From a virus, in the IMG/VR virus record IMGVR_UViG_3300045988_082442, positions 32,001-96,000 of that record: a stretch of DNA of 64,000 nucleotides; one strand, written 5' to 3'. Positions within the stretch are counted from its first letter, which is position 1. Each line of letters opens with the position of its first letter. Below the pieces are notes generated by a model. That model was not told where the DNA came from. It did no database searches and worked only from the letters and a program-made list of their open reading frames with translations. This document shows, in pieces, positions 17,977-27,729 of the stretch. A program made the translations under genes and the position numbers.

Positions 17977-20259
17977 ATGGAAAATGAAGAGCTAAATAAA
18001 ATATTAGAACAATATAAAACTGATTTAACAACTCATAATTTAGACGAAGAATCTCAATTAGAGGAAGTATTGAAATCAAGCTGTAGCTTATCAACAAAGA
18101 GTATTTTTGCTCTCAAGGTATTAATAAAAAAAATTCCCAATGGGGAATTAAGACATCAACAATTAGAGCTGATACATAGAATGAGTAATGTTATAGAAAC
18201 AGAAGATGATGGATTACTTCAAGCTGGAACTGGTGTTGGTAAAAGTATATCTTATTTAATACCTGCCATTATTAGTGGGAAGAAATGTTTTGTAACAACT
18301 TCTACAAAACAACTAACATCACAATTAACAGATAAAGACTTACCCCTATTAAAAGAGTATCTATTCCCAGATTTACAATATTCTGGTTTACAAAGCTTAT
18401 CTAATTATATATGTATTAAGAAGTATTTAGATATGTTTGAGGAAATTCAAGAAAACCCAGGTTTATATGAAAAAACAAGACCAGATGATTTAAAATCAGT
18501 AATGATAATAAAGCCTTACTATGAGAAATACTTATTAGGTAATATAAAACCTGTTGATTTTACTTTAGAAAGTACAGGTTGTGAATGTGAGAGTGCTCAA
18601 TGTTCTGGAGCTGGTTGTATTAGAGGTTGTAAATTCAAAAATAAATCTATCTGTCCTGTATATAGGTTATGTCAACAAATAATGGCTAGTGATGTAGTTG
18701 TTACTAATCATGCTTATGTTAGTAAAATGCTTGTTGGTGCAAGTAAAGATAAAGCAAAAGAATTAGGTTTATTAAAAGGTAGACCACTTTGGATATGTGA
18801 TGAAGCACATGATTTAGAGGGATATTTAGAAAATGCTTTCTCAACCAAATTAGAAGCAGGTGTTTTAAAATATGTTTATATTCCTAAATTGAAGAAGTAT
18901 TTAGAAACAATGGTAATGCAAGAAACTTTTAATAATACATTTAAAGAATATGATACTAAATTAAGGGAATCAAATATACCTGTTGATGATGAGTGTAGAT
19001 ACCACAGTTACGAACAATTAGCAAATGATGTAAGGTCAATTGGTTTAGTAATAGGTAGAATACTGAAGGTAATGGATAGATATAGATTTGATGCTGAGAA
19101 TGAAATTGAAAGTAAGACTAGCGTTGAAAGAGAATTTGAGTTTGATGATTCTGATAATGAAGAGATAAGCAAATGTATTGATATACTATTAAAGATACAA
19201 ATAAGATTAGAAACACTTACATCAGTAAATGTTAAGTATGTTCCAACTATTAGAAATATTGTATCTGATTTAGCAAATGCACTAGAGATATTTTATAAGT
19301 CAAGTGGTAACAAAGAATCTTATGTAACATACTATGATTATATGGCTCCAAGACATGATAATGATGACCCATTTAGTATATCTTCTACATTTTTACAATC
19401 TGGGGAAGCATTACAAGCAGCACTTGGTTGTTTAGATTTAGAGAAATCAGAATTAGTAACTGTAAATAAGAATAAAATAAATATGATAGGTGTCTCAGCT
19501 ACATTATGTGTTGGTGGAAGCTTTAGGGATACAGCAGAAAAATTAGGAATGACAAAATTAAAAGATATGCACTGTCAATGCACAGATGTAGGAACAGTGT
19601 TTGACTACCAAAAACAAGGTTTGATGTATATACCACAGGGAATACCAGATGTAAAGAAGAATAGAACAGAACATTTTGATTACTTTAAAAAGTCAATAAA
19701 AGAACTTATAAAGATATCACATGGTGGAGCATTGATACTTTGTACTACTATAAAAGAAACAACAGAAACATATCATTACTTATTAGAAGAATTTGGGGGT
19801 ACTTATACAGTTTTAAGTGCTGAAGATAAAAGATGGAAAACCAAAAATGATTTAGTAAAAGCATTCAGGGATGATGAGAATAGTATTCTAATTGGTACAA
19901 GAGGATTTTTCCAAGGTTTAGATGTGCAAGGTGATTCATTAAGACTATTATGTTTAAATAAACTTCCTTTTGGAAACCCAGGAGTAGTTAGTAAGAGAAA
20001 AGGAGAAATTGCTAAGTCAAAAGGTTTAGATGATTTCAGAATAACAGCAATAGTTCCAACTACAATGATGTTATTACAAGCTGTTGGCAGACTTATTAGA
20101 CATACATCAGACAAAGGAGTTATAGCATTATATGATAATAGACTTTATACTGGTTCCTATTGGATAAGTCCATTAACAATGTCTTTACCACCATTTAGAA
20201 CTACTACAGATTTAAAGGATGTTGAAGAATTTTTTACTGAAAACAAAAGTGAAGAATAG
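17977..20259 (+). CDS. DinG/XPD(Rad3)-like superfamily 2 helicase with a Cys-rich (Fe-S-type) insert
   Basis: Contains AGTGVGKS (Walker A), VVVTNHAY and DEAHDLE (motif II). A Cys cluster CECESAQCSGAGCIRGC..CPVYRLC lies between motifs Ia and II. Confidence 0.8.
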   Translation: MENEELNKILEQYKTDLTTHNLDEESQLEEVLKSSCSLSTKSIFALKVLIKKIPNGELRHQQLELIHRMSNVIETEDDGLLQAGTGVGKSISYLIPAIISGKKCFVTTSTKQLTSQLTDKDLPLLKEYLFPDLQYSGLQSLSNYICIKKYLDMFEEIQENPGLYEKTRPDDLKSVMIIKPYYEKYLLGNIKPVDFTLESTGCECESAQCSGAGCIRGCKFKNKSICPVYRLCQQIMASDVVVTNHAYVSKMLVGASKDKAKELGLLKGRPLWICDEAHDLEGYLENAFSTKLEAGVLKYVYIPKLKKYLETMVMQETFNNTFKEYDTKLRESNIPVDDECRYHSYEQLANDVRSIGLVIGRILKVMDRYRFDAENEIESKTSVEREFEFDDSDNEEISKCIDILLKIQIRLETLTSVNVKYVPTIRNIVSDLANALEIFYKSSGNKESYVTYYDYMAPRHDNDDPFSISSTFLQSGEALQAALGCLDLEKSELVTVNKNKINMIGVSATLCVGGSFRDTAEKLGMTKLKDMHCQCTDVGTVFDYQKQGLMYIPQGIPDVKKNRTEHFDYFKKSIKELIKISHGGALILCTTIKETTETYHYLLEEFGGTYTVLSAEDKRWKTKNDLVKAFRDDENSILIGTRGFFQGLDVQGDSLRLLCLNKLPFGNPGVVSKRKGEIAKSKGLDDFRITAIVPTTMMLLQAVGRLIRHTSDKGVIALYDNRLYTGSYWISPLTMSLPPFRTTTDLKDVEEFFTENKSEE

Positions 20260-20271
20260 GAGGGTAATATC

Positions 20272-20403
20272 ATGGCTTTTGATTTAGATGATGAAGAATT
20301 AGAAGCAACTAGGGTATTTATCAATCATTTACCACCAAAGGAAAAACAAGATAGCAGTGTTGATAAAGATAACAAAGATGTTAAATTGAATGACAAGAAA
20401 TAA
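20272..20403 (+). CDS. small acidic protein, 43 aa
   Basis: Hand-read ORF with a TAGGAGGG RBS. Confidence 0.45.
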   Translation: MAFDLDDEELEATRVFINHLPPKEKQDSSVDKDNKDVKLNDKK

Positions 20404-20441
20404 GTTTTAAAAATTGTCAATAATTTTAGGAGGTAGAAATT

Positions 20442-20726
20442 ATGGAAACTGATATGTTTGTAAAGGCAGCAAAATATCTTATACAAGATTTTTATAATAA
20501 TAGTCTTGATAAAACAGATAATGTTACATTGAAGGATGATGACATTTATGTTGTCTGGTATGCTAAAACTTTAAAAAATTCAAAAGGTTTATTAAGTACA
20601 AGGCTAATAGACGGAATGTATTTTGAAATTACTTATAATGGAACTGATAAAGAGTTCTACTTTGATGCCTATAAGAAATGGCAAAATAAAGCAGTAAAGG
20701 TGGAAGATATTGATGTTCTTAAATAA
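20442..20726 (+). CDS. hypothetical protein
   Basis: ORF with a TAGGAGG RBS. Confidence 0.6.
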   Translation: METDMFVKAAKYLIQDFYNNSLDKTDNVTLKDDDIYVVWYAKTLKNSKGLLSTRLIDGMYFEITYNGTDKEFYFDAYKKWQNKAVKVEDIDVLK

Positions 20727-21150
20727 CAGGGAAGATATTAAGAAATCTATTACAAAATGTGAGCATTACCTAAAAAGTAATGCTCAAATACAGTATATAG
20801 AATCATGTGAAGATTCGGTAGCGTTTAAATCTGATGATATGACACATATAAAAGTTGTTACTGATGCTTTAAAAGAAGCTTTATATATGATTGATATACT
20901 AAATAAATCAGACTTTGACAAAGAAAAATCAAGTATGATGTATTATAATGATATGAAGGAATATAGAGATAAATCTAAAATGCAATCTGAAATGATTAGC
21001 CTTATGCTAGACTGGATAGTAGACCATAGTGATTGCCCATTAGAAAATGAAGATACTGATTTATACTGTGAAATTAGATGTAATGATGATAAAGGTTTAT
21101 ATAAAGATTGCTGGGAGCAGTTCTTTATAAATAAATTGAAGGATAAGTAG
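20713..21150 (+). CDS. hypothetical protein
   Basis: The ATG at 20713 follows AAGGTGGA. The track start at 20710 is a TTG. Confidence 0.6.
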   Translation: MFLNNREDIKKSITKCEHYLKSNAQIQYIESCEDSVAFKSDDMTHIKVVTDALKEALYMIDILNKSDFDKEKSSMMYYNDMKEYRDKSKMQSEMISLMLDWIVDHSDCPLENEDTDLYCEIRCNDDKGLYKDCWEQFFINKLKDK

Positions 21151-21161
21151 GTGAGATTCAA

Positions 21162-21503
21162 ATGAGAATACATTTTAGCAAAGATTTAAAACATTGGTAT
21201 AAATTTATATTACCAAAAGATTTAAGACTTGTAGAACCCAAAATAAAGTGGTTATTTTGGGATATAGAATTTACACCAACAGAACAAAGAGATTACATAC
21301 ATGATAAGACAGGGCAATCAACTTTTGTATATTGTCCAAATTGTAATAATGAATTAGTTAATAGTAATAGTTTTGTGAAGGACACAGACTATGTTTATTA
21401 TAAATGTGATAAATGTGGAACAGATAGTAAATGGGATTTTGATTTTATATGTCCTATTTTAGTTGAATTTAGAAAGGAAGAGTATATTGAAAATAAAGAA
21501 TGA
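21162..21503 (+). CDS. zinc-ribbon protein
   Basis: Contains CPNCNNE..CDKCG and has a GGTGAG RBS. Confidence 0.6.
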   Translation: MRIHFSKDLKHWYKFILPKDLRLVEPKIKWLFWDIEFTPTEQRDYIHDKTGQSTFVYCPNCNNELVNSNSFVKDTDYVYYKCDKCGTDSKWDFDFICPILVEFRKEEYIENKE

Positions 21504-21753
21504 TATTGATTTACAAAAGTTAAGGAATTTTGGGTTTGAGTATGAGCCAGCAACTGGTGGATATTATAAAGTATATTTTCCAAAGTTTTTAAAATTCATA
21601 CCAATGGCAAGAAGTAATAAAGTAAGAGGTTTAGCCATTTATGATGATAGAAATATAATAATAAAGAAAAAATATGGATTTATGTGGATACCAGCATTTG
21701 AAGATGAGTTTGCAATACAAGATTTAATAGATGCTGGATATGTTGAAGCATAA
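21463..21753 (+). CDS. hypothetical protein (start uncertain: TTG at 21463 or 21487)
   Basis: There is no in-frame ATG near the 5' end. The TTG at 21487 follows GGAAG. Confidence 0.5.
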   Translation: MNLERKSILKIKNDIDLQKLRNFGFEYEPATGGYYKVYFPKFLKFIPMARSNKVRGLAIYDDRNIIIKKKYGFMWIPAFEDEFAIQDLIDAGYVEA

Positions 21754-21767
21754 GAGGGGGTTTATAA

Positions 21768-22865
21768 ATGAAATTATTTTTATATTCAGATGTACATATA
21801 AGTAGAACAAGTAGTATTCTACCAACAGTTAGTGAAAATGAAAAATATACATACAGACAGAATATGATTATAAAAACAGCAGAATGGATGTCAGAGATTA
21901 TAAAACAAGAAAATGCTGATATGATAATAAATTTAGGAGATACTTTTGACCAAAACACAATTACAAGTTATGATGTAGAAACAGCAAGTGAGTTTTTTAA
22001 GAGATTTCCTTCTGGTATTCGTCATCTTGTATTATGTGGAAATCATGAAATGTTAAATAGTAAAGATAATGTATTAAAGCTTCTAAACAATATAGAATGT
22101 ATCTCAGTAATAGATACAGTAACATCAATAGATAACTTATTATTGGTACCATATTGTGATTATAAGGATTTAGACCTTACATCTTACAATGAAGCTGACT
22201 ATTTGTTTTTACATCATGATGTTTATGGGAGTCAAATTGCACCAGGCAGAGTTTTAGATTTTGGTATTGAACAAAATAGTTTATCTAAATTTAAAAGAGT
22301 ATTTAATGGGCATGTTCATGCATCAAGTAAATTTGGTAATATTGTAAATGTTGGTAGCATAACAACTCATTCATTTGCAGATAGTCCTATTTCATATCCT
22401 ACTTGCTATATATTTGATACAGTTACAGGTGAACTAAAAGAGTTTTATAATAGAAATTGTCCTTTATTTAGAAAGATAAAGGCAGATACAATTCAGGAAT
22501 TACAAAATTATTTAGCAGTAAATTTGGAACAAGGTTGGAACTATATATTACATATTGACTGTTCTTTTGAAATAAAGAGTTCAGTAGAAGATATTATTAA
22601 GAATAGACCAAATGTTCTTAACTATAAGATTACTACAAAATCTATTAAACAAGATGGAGTTCCCGAATTAGAAAATACTAAAATAGAAAGCAACCTTGAT
22701 GTTAAGAAGTCATTCAAGGATTTCCTAAATACTGGTATTGAATTAAGATACCCAATGAATTTATATAATGAAGTAATTGGGGAAATAAAAGATAAAGAAG
22801 AAAATGTTAAAACAGACGATAAGATTGAAATATTGTCAAGCAATAAAGCAAATTCATTATTTTAG
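21768..22865 (+). CDS. sbcD: Mre11/SbcD-like nuclease
   Basis: Carries the calcineurin-like phosphoesterase motifs YSDVH, GDTFD, GNHE, HH and GHVH. Confidence 0.85.
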   Translation: MKLFLYSDVHISRTSSILPTVSENEKYTYRQNMIIKTAEWMSEIIKQENADMIINLGDTFDQNTITSYDVETASEFFKRFPSGIRHLVLCGNHEMLNSKDNVLKLLNNIECISVIDTVTSIDNLLLVPYCDYKDLDLTSYNEADYLFLHHDVYGSQIAPGRVLDFGIEQNSLSKFKRVFNGHVHASSKFGNIVNVGSITTHSFADSPISYPTCYIFDTVTGELKEFYNRNCPLFRKIKADTIQELQNYLAVNLEQGWNYILHIDCSFEIKSSVEDIIKNRPNVLNYKITTKSIKQDGVPELENTKIESNLDVKKSFKDFLNTGIELRYPMNLYNEVIGEIKDKEENVKTDDKIEILSSNKANSLF

Positions 22866-22889
22866 ATATGAAAGAGAGGTTATAGAATA

Positions 22890-23060
22890 ATGAAGCATAA
22901 CTTTGAATTTAATATTGATTTCTGGGATAGTAAAACAGAATCAGACTTTTACAGATATAGGGATATATTAGTAAATCTTTCTGATATGGATACTATTCAA
23001 GCAACTCACTTTTTAGAAAATGTATATAGTTCAGTTGCAAGAGATTATGGAGATGAATAG
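22890..23060 (+). CDS. small hypothetical protein, 56 aa
   Basis: Hand-read ORF with an AGAGAGG RBS. Confidence 0.5.
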   Translation: MKHNFEFNIDFWDSKTESDFYRYRDILVNLSDMDTIQATHFLENVYSSVARDYGDE

Positions 23061-23070
23061 TTTTATCATT

Positions 23071-23084
23071 AAAGATGTTATAAT
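23071..23084 (+). promoter_or_regulatory. extended -10 promoter cassette (AAAGATGTTATAAT)
   Basis: Exact copy of the consensus, 20 nt upstream of the ATG at 23105. Confidence 0.6.
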
Positions 23085-23104
23085 TTATAGAGAGGTGTAA
23101 GAAG

Positions 23105-25786
23105 ATGAACTTAATACAAAATATTTTTCAAAACCCCAATTTTAAAGTTGAGGGTGACCATCATAAATTAAAGAAAAGAATATTGAAAGATATAATCAAC
23201 ATGAACTGGTTTAACGATTGTGATTTACTTATAGGATATTCAGATGGTCAAAGAGTATATACTAATCCAAAGCAATGGCAATTAGATGCAGCAAATAGTT
23301 TATTTGAGTTTTATTGGAATTATACAGTTGATAGATATACTAATTATGACGCACTAGAGGATGAAATTTATAACCACATGAAGAACTCAAAATATGTAGG
23401 GGTACAAACAACAGTATTACCAAAATTTACAATACCATTTAGAGCAGATAGTGGACAATGCATGATAGATGAAAATGGAAATCAAACATTTAGAGATGGA
23501 ACACCAACTAGACCATTTTATTCTTTAATCTATATTGCACAAAATGGATTTATTGATTTTGATGATAAGATTAGATTAAAAGACTGGGATTCAGTTATAA
23601 GAAGTAACCCTAAATATTTAAGATACTTTGAAACTTGTTTAGACCATTTTGCAGATGGTGAAAATAGTGTCAAGAAACAAATAAGAGATTTAGTTAAAAC
23701 ATATAAAGATTTTAGAGATTATTTGGACCCTAATCTTCCAATAGTAGAAGATAGAAAATGGTTGTATGATTTCTGTGTTGAAGTAGATGTAAAGTGTGAC
23801 CCTTATAAAAATTATGAAACAGAATTATTACATAAAAATGGTTTTATAGTTATGGGTGGTAATGAATATATTTATTATAATGATATACCATGTGTAAACT
23901 GTGGAAAACCACATTATAGAAATGGTTTATGTAAAGACTGTTGTGAAATGAATTTTAGAGATAGAATGATAGGTAATAAACTATATGGAAAAGCAAGTCA
24001 AAGAAGTAACTCAATGCATCTAAACGAAATAAAGTTAGCAGGTGCAGCTGCAAGTGCAAGTTCAAGTAGTTATAGAGTTAGTGGGGATACATCAAGACAA
24101 GCACACAGTATGGATGATGAGAGTATTATATCAGCAAGTACAAGTGCAATATCTAGCAGAGCAAGTAGAGCTGCAGGAGAACCAGCAACAGTAGGTATAA
24201 ATACATCTGGAAATTCAGCAGTTATAGTAGATGATGATATTGGTAACGCAGCAAGTTCAAATAGGTCAAGTTTTGTAAGTAGAGCTGCAGGTGTAAATCT
24301 ATCAAGTAGTATTACAGGTGTATCAACAGCAGTTTCAGAAGAAAGAATGTCAGACGCAAGTCATACAGCAGTAAAAAGTAACCCAAGTAGAGCTTCAGGT
24401 ATAACAGTTAGCCAGAATACAACTGGAATATCAACAGCAGTTTCAGAAGAAAGAATGTCAGACGCAAGTCATACAGCAGTTGCAAGTAAAGTAAGTAGAA
24501 TGCCAGGACAAAATATGGGAAATGTTACACAGGTAGGTACAACAACATCTGCTAGTAGTACATCTGTATCAGATGATGGTATTGGGGCAGCAGCAAATAC
24601 CAGTGTTTCAAGTGGAAGCAGTCAGTCAAGGGGACAAAATATTGGTATGCAAAAACCAAGTGCAACATCAAGTGTAATTGATGAGGAAACTTTACAATTT
24701 GCAAGTTATGATAGTAGAGTTGCAGCATTTACACATACTTCTGGTGCCTCAGATGTAACATCAAATGAAGAAGTACAAAGAGCAGGATTGGAATCAAGAA
24801 CAGCAGGTTTTCAAACAGCAGTTAGAGCTGTAAATATAGGAAACAGTGAATTTGCAAATTCTAGAACAAGAGTTGGTGTTAGCGTTGGAACTACAACATC
24901 AGAGCAATCATTTGCAAGGAATAAAGATACAGTTGATGAGACTGGAAAAGCAAGTAGGAGTAGTATTATAACATCCCCATCAGCAACAAATATAAATGAT
25001 GTTAATTTTATAGGAAATATAAAAGACTTTGTTTATACATCTCCTAATACAGTTAGATACTATTCATCTCAAGGTAAGATATTCGATATGACCATACCAA
25101 AAGGTTATAGATACCCAGATAATATATCAACAAATAGATTCTTTATGTTTGGTAGTTTTAATGGTAATCTTGAATTATTAAAACAATTCTGTCCACAAAA
25201 TGCTTTCGTATTTGACCCATTTGCAGGTCATGGAGATAGAGCATTATTCTTTATGGAATATGGTTGTAAAGCATATATAGGAAATGATACTAACGTAAAA
25301 GAATGGACATTTTTAAATGATAATCTAATCAAGTTAATAAACAAATACAAGAGATTTAACCAAAAATGTGAGGTTAGAATAAAGAACTCAATGATATATG
25401 AACCAGAATTAGAGAATAAAGTAGACTTTGTTTACACATCCCCACCATATTTTGATTTTGAAATGTATGATGGATTTACTGAACAGATAGCAGGAATGAA
25501 AACATACGATGACTTCCACAGAGAGTTTTCAGTACCTATATTCAAAAATGTATATAGATATATGAAAGATGGTGGTGTAGTTATTCTACAAACAGAAAAA
25601 GATGCAAAATTAAAACAAAAGTGGATAGATATGATGGTTAGTGTTGGTTTTAAAAACATTACAGAACATGATTTAAGTAATGAACAAAAACATGGAATAA
25701 ATAAAACTATTCAAGAGATAGGTATATTTGTTAAAGGTGACTATAACAGGGGAGAGGTAAAACAAACAACTAACACATTATTTTAG
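23105..25786 (+). CDS. three-part protein: conserved N-domain with Zn-ribbon, Ser/Ala-rich linker, C-terminal SAM-dependent methyltransferase domain
   Basis: VFDPFAGHGDRAL (motif I, FxGxG-like) is followed about 75 aa later by FVYTSPPYFDF (motif IV, SPPY). CVNCG..CKDCC sits in the N-domain. It is a paralogue of the next gene. Confidence 0.8.
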   Translation: MNLIQNIFQNPNFKVEGDHHKLKKRILKDIINMNWFNDCDLLIGYSDGQRVYTNPKQWQLDAANSLFEFYWNYTVDRYTNYDALEDEIYNHMKNSKYVGVQTTVLPKFTIPFRADSGQCMIDENGNQTFRDGTPTRPFYSLIYIAQNGFIDFDDKIRLKDWDSVIRSNPKYLRYFETCLDHFADGENSVKKQIRDLVKTYKDFRDYLDPNLPIVEDRKWLYDFCVEVDVKCDPYKNYETELLHKNGFIVMGGNEYIYYNDIPCVNCGKPHYRNGLCKDCCEMNFRDRMIGNKLYGKASQRSNSMHLNEIKLAGAAASASSSSYRVSGDTSRQAHSMDDESIISASTSAISSRASRAAGEPATVGINTSGNSAVIVDDDIGNAASSNRSSFVSRAAGVNLSSSITGVSTAVSEERMSDASHTAVKSNPSRASGITVSQNTTGISTAVSEERMSDASHTAVASKVSRMPGQNMGNVTQVGTTTSASSTSVSDDGIGAAANTSVSSGSSQSRGQNIGMQKPSATSSVIDEETLQFASYDSRVAAFTHTSGASDVTSNEEVQRAGLESRTAGFQTAVRAVNIGNSEFANSRTRVGVSVGTTTSEQSFARNKDTVDETGKASRSSIITSPSATNINDVNFIGNIKDFVYTSPNTVRYYSSQGKIFDMTIPKGYRYPDNISTNRFFMFGSFNGNLELLKQFCPQNAFVFDPFAGHGDRALFFMEYGCKAYIGNDTNVKEWTFLNDNLIKLINKYKRFNQKCEVRIKNSMIYEPELENKVDFVYTSPPYFDFEMYDGFTEQIAGMKTYDDFHREFSVPIFKNVYRYMKDGGVVILQTEKDAKLKQKWIDMMVSVGFKNITEHDLSNEQKHGINKTIQEIGIFVKGDYNRGEVKQTTNTLF
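24321..24480 (+). repeat. in-frame 108-nt-period duplication containing a perfect 52-nt repeat
   Basis: TATCAACAGCAGTTTCAGAAGAAAGAATGTCAGACGCAAGTCATACAGCAGT occurs at 24321-24372 and again at 24429-24480. It encodes STAVSEERMSDASHTAV twice. Confidence 0.9.
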
Positions 25787-25800
25787 AAAGAGGTTTTATA

Positions 25801-27714
25801 ATGAATCTAGTACAAAATATTTTTCAAAACCCTAACTTTGAGATAAAAGGAGATAGGGATAAATTAAAACAGAAAATAGCAAAAGATGTCATAAATATGT
25901 ACTGGTGGAATGACTGTGGTATCCTTAAAGGATATGACAGCTCATTCCGAGTATATGCCAACCCAGAGATATGGCAGTTAGATGCAGCAAATGACCTTTA
26001 TGAATACTATTGGAATAAACAACAGGATAGCGTTACACTGGACAAATTAGAGGATAGTATTTATAGATATATGAGAAGTAATACTGAATTTGATACAAAT
26101 AATGGTTATTTATCTACTTTTAATATGAAATATAGAATGGACCCACAGCAATTTATGTATGATAAAGAAGGAAATCAAACATTTAGAGATGGTACACATA
26201 ACAGAGCATTCTATTCATTAGTCTATTTAGGTCAAAATGGATTTATAGATAGAGATGGGTATTTAAAAATATGTGATTTTGATACAGCAATTTTAGGAAC
26301 TAAATATGAGAAATTCTTTAAACTTTCTAAACATAGAATAAAAAGTGAGAAGAGCATGGTATCAGAGGAAATAAATAAGTTAAAAGATGGCTATATGAAA
26401 TTTGATAAATATTTAGACCCAAATTTACCAGTATTAGAAGATAGAAAATGGTTATATGATTTCTTTATGTATGTTGAGTTAAAATGTGACCCATTTAAGA
26501 ATTATGAAGTTGAATTACTTGAAAAGAATGGTTCTATTGTAGGCTCTGGAAATGAAGATATTTATGTTGAAATAGATGGTAAGAAGTGTGCTAATTGTGG
26601 GGTTAATGAACCATATATAAATGGACTTTGTAAAGACTGTCAGGATGTAAAAATAAATCATAGTTCTAGAGCAACAAGAGCTTCTGGTGCAAGTATAGCA
26701 GTAAGAAGTATAGATGCAAATATACAAGACGCATCAGTTATGGTAAATACAACTAGCCACACATATCAACCAAGAGGTGAAAGAGTAGATGCAAAAGAAA
26801 GAGTAGATAGAATATCAAGTACTAGCACATCTTGTATTGCAAATACAGACATAGTAACATCAGCAGCATTTTCTACAAAAGCTTCAGCAACATATAGACC
26901 AAGAGGAATTAGGGTAACTAATAATCAATATATTGGTGGTATTAAATATTTCAAATACAATGAAGATGGTACAGTGCATTATGATTTCCCAAGTGGTAAG
27001 ATACAAATGGATATGTCAGTACCAGAAGGTTATACATATCCAAAACAGATAGCTATTGATAGATTTGCTATTTATGGTAGCTTCAAAGGTAACCCAGAGT
27101 TATTAAGACAGTTTTGCCCACAAAATGCCTTTGTATTTGACCCGTTTGCAGGTCATGGGGATAGAGCTTTGATGTTTGCTAAATGGGGTGTAAAGACCTA
27201 TATAGGAAATGATACTAATTCAAGAGAATGGAGTTGCTTGAATAACACACTTATGCCTTTATTAAATAAATACAAAAAGTTTGGACAATATTTTGAAGTA
27301 AGAATTAAAGACTCTAAAATATATGAACCAGAACTAGAAAATAAAGTAGATTTTGTTTATACATCTCCACCTTACTTTGATTTTGAGGTATATGATGGAT
27401 TTGCTGAACAAATAGAGGGTATGAAGGATTATGATGATTTTCATAAGTATTTCTCAACACCTATATTTACAAATGTATATAGATACATGAAAGACGGAGG
27501 CATAGTAATATTACAGACTGAAAGAATAAATAAATATAAGAATAAATGGATAAAGATGATGGAAAATGTTGGCTTTAAATGTTTAGACAGTAATGTATTA
27601 AATACAAAGAATGCAATGGCAAAAAGAGTTAATATGCTTCAAGAAGTTGCAATATTTGTAAAAGGAAATTATAAAACAGATGATGTAAAAGTACAACAGA
27701 ACACATTATTTTAA
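25801..27714 (+). CDS. paralogue of 23105-25786: same N-domain, shorter linker, same methyltransferase domain
   Basis: The N-terminus MNLVQNIFQNPNF.. and the C-terminal domain (FDPFAGHGDRAL, FVYTSPPYFDF, VYRYMKDGG) are collinear with the preceding protein. Confidence 0.8.
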   Translation: MNLVQNIFQNPNFEIKGDRDKLKQKIAKDVINMYWWNDCGILKGYDSSFRVYANPEIWQLDAANDLYEYYWNKQQDSVTLDKLEDSIYRYMRSNTEFDTNNGYLSTFNMKYRMDPQQFMYDKEGNQTFRDGTHNRAFYSLVYLGQNGFIDRDGYLKICDFDTAILGTKYEKFFKLSKHRIKSEKSMVSEEINKLKDGYMKFDKYLDPNLPVLEDRKWLYDFFMYVELKCDPFKNYEVELLEKNGSIVGSGNEDIYVEIDGKKCANCGVNEPYINGLCKDCQDVKINHSSRATRASGASIAVRSIDANIQDASVMVNTTSHTYQPRGERVDAKERVDRISSTSTSCIANTDIVTSAAFSTKASATYRPRGIRVTNNQYIGGIKYFKYNEDGTVHYDFPSGKIQMDMSVPEGYTYPKQIAIDRFAIYGSFKGNPELLRQFCPQNAFVFDPFAGHGDRALMFAKWGVKTYIGNDTNSREWSCLNNTLMPLLNKYKKFGQYFEVRIKDSKIYEPELENKVDFVYTSPPYFDFEVYDGFAEQIEGMKDYDDFHKYFSTPIFTNVYRYMKDGGIVILQTERINKYKNKWIKMMENVGFKCLDSNVLNTKNAMAKRVNMLQEVAIFVKGNYKTDDVKVQQNTLF

Positions 27715-27729
27715 GAGGTAGGTTTTCAA

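Noticed and set aside
17977-20259. DinG-family helicase considered as a CasDinG (type IV CRISPR) partner of the array.
   Set aside because: No csf/cas6-like genes are present, and the array is 22 kb away. The Fe-S-type Cys insert fits an XPD/DinG repair helicase better than CasDinG.
20401-20430. TAAGTTTTAAAAATTGTCAATAATTT resembles the reverse complement of the GCTTGACA promoter class.
   Set aside because: It would fire against a rightward operon. The corresponding -10 region is absent (CTTGTC). It is probably a decayed copy or a chance resemblance.
22842-22855. A 14-nt identity (AATAAAGCAAATTC) between the reverse complement of CRISPR spacer 1 and the 3' end of the sbcD-like gene.
   Set aside because: The flanks do not align, with roughly 17/30 matches overall. 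A 14-mer of this composition could arise by chance in AT-rich DNA. It is not counted as a protospacer.
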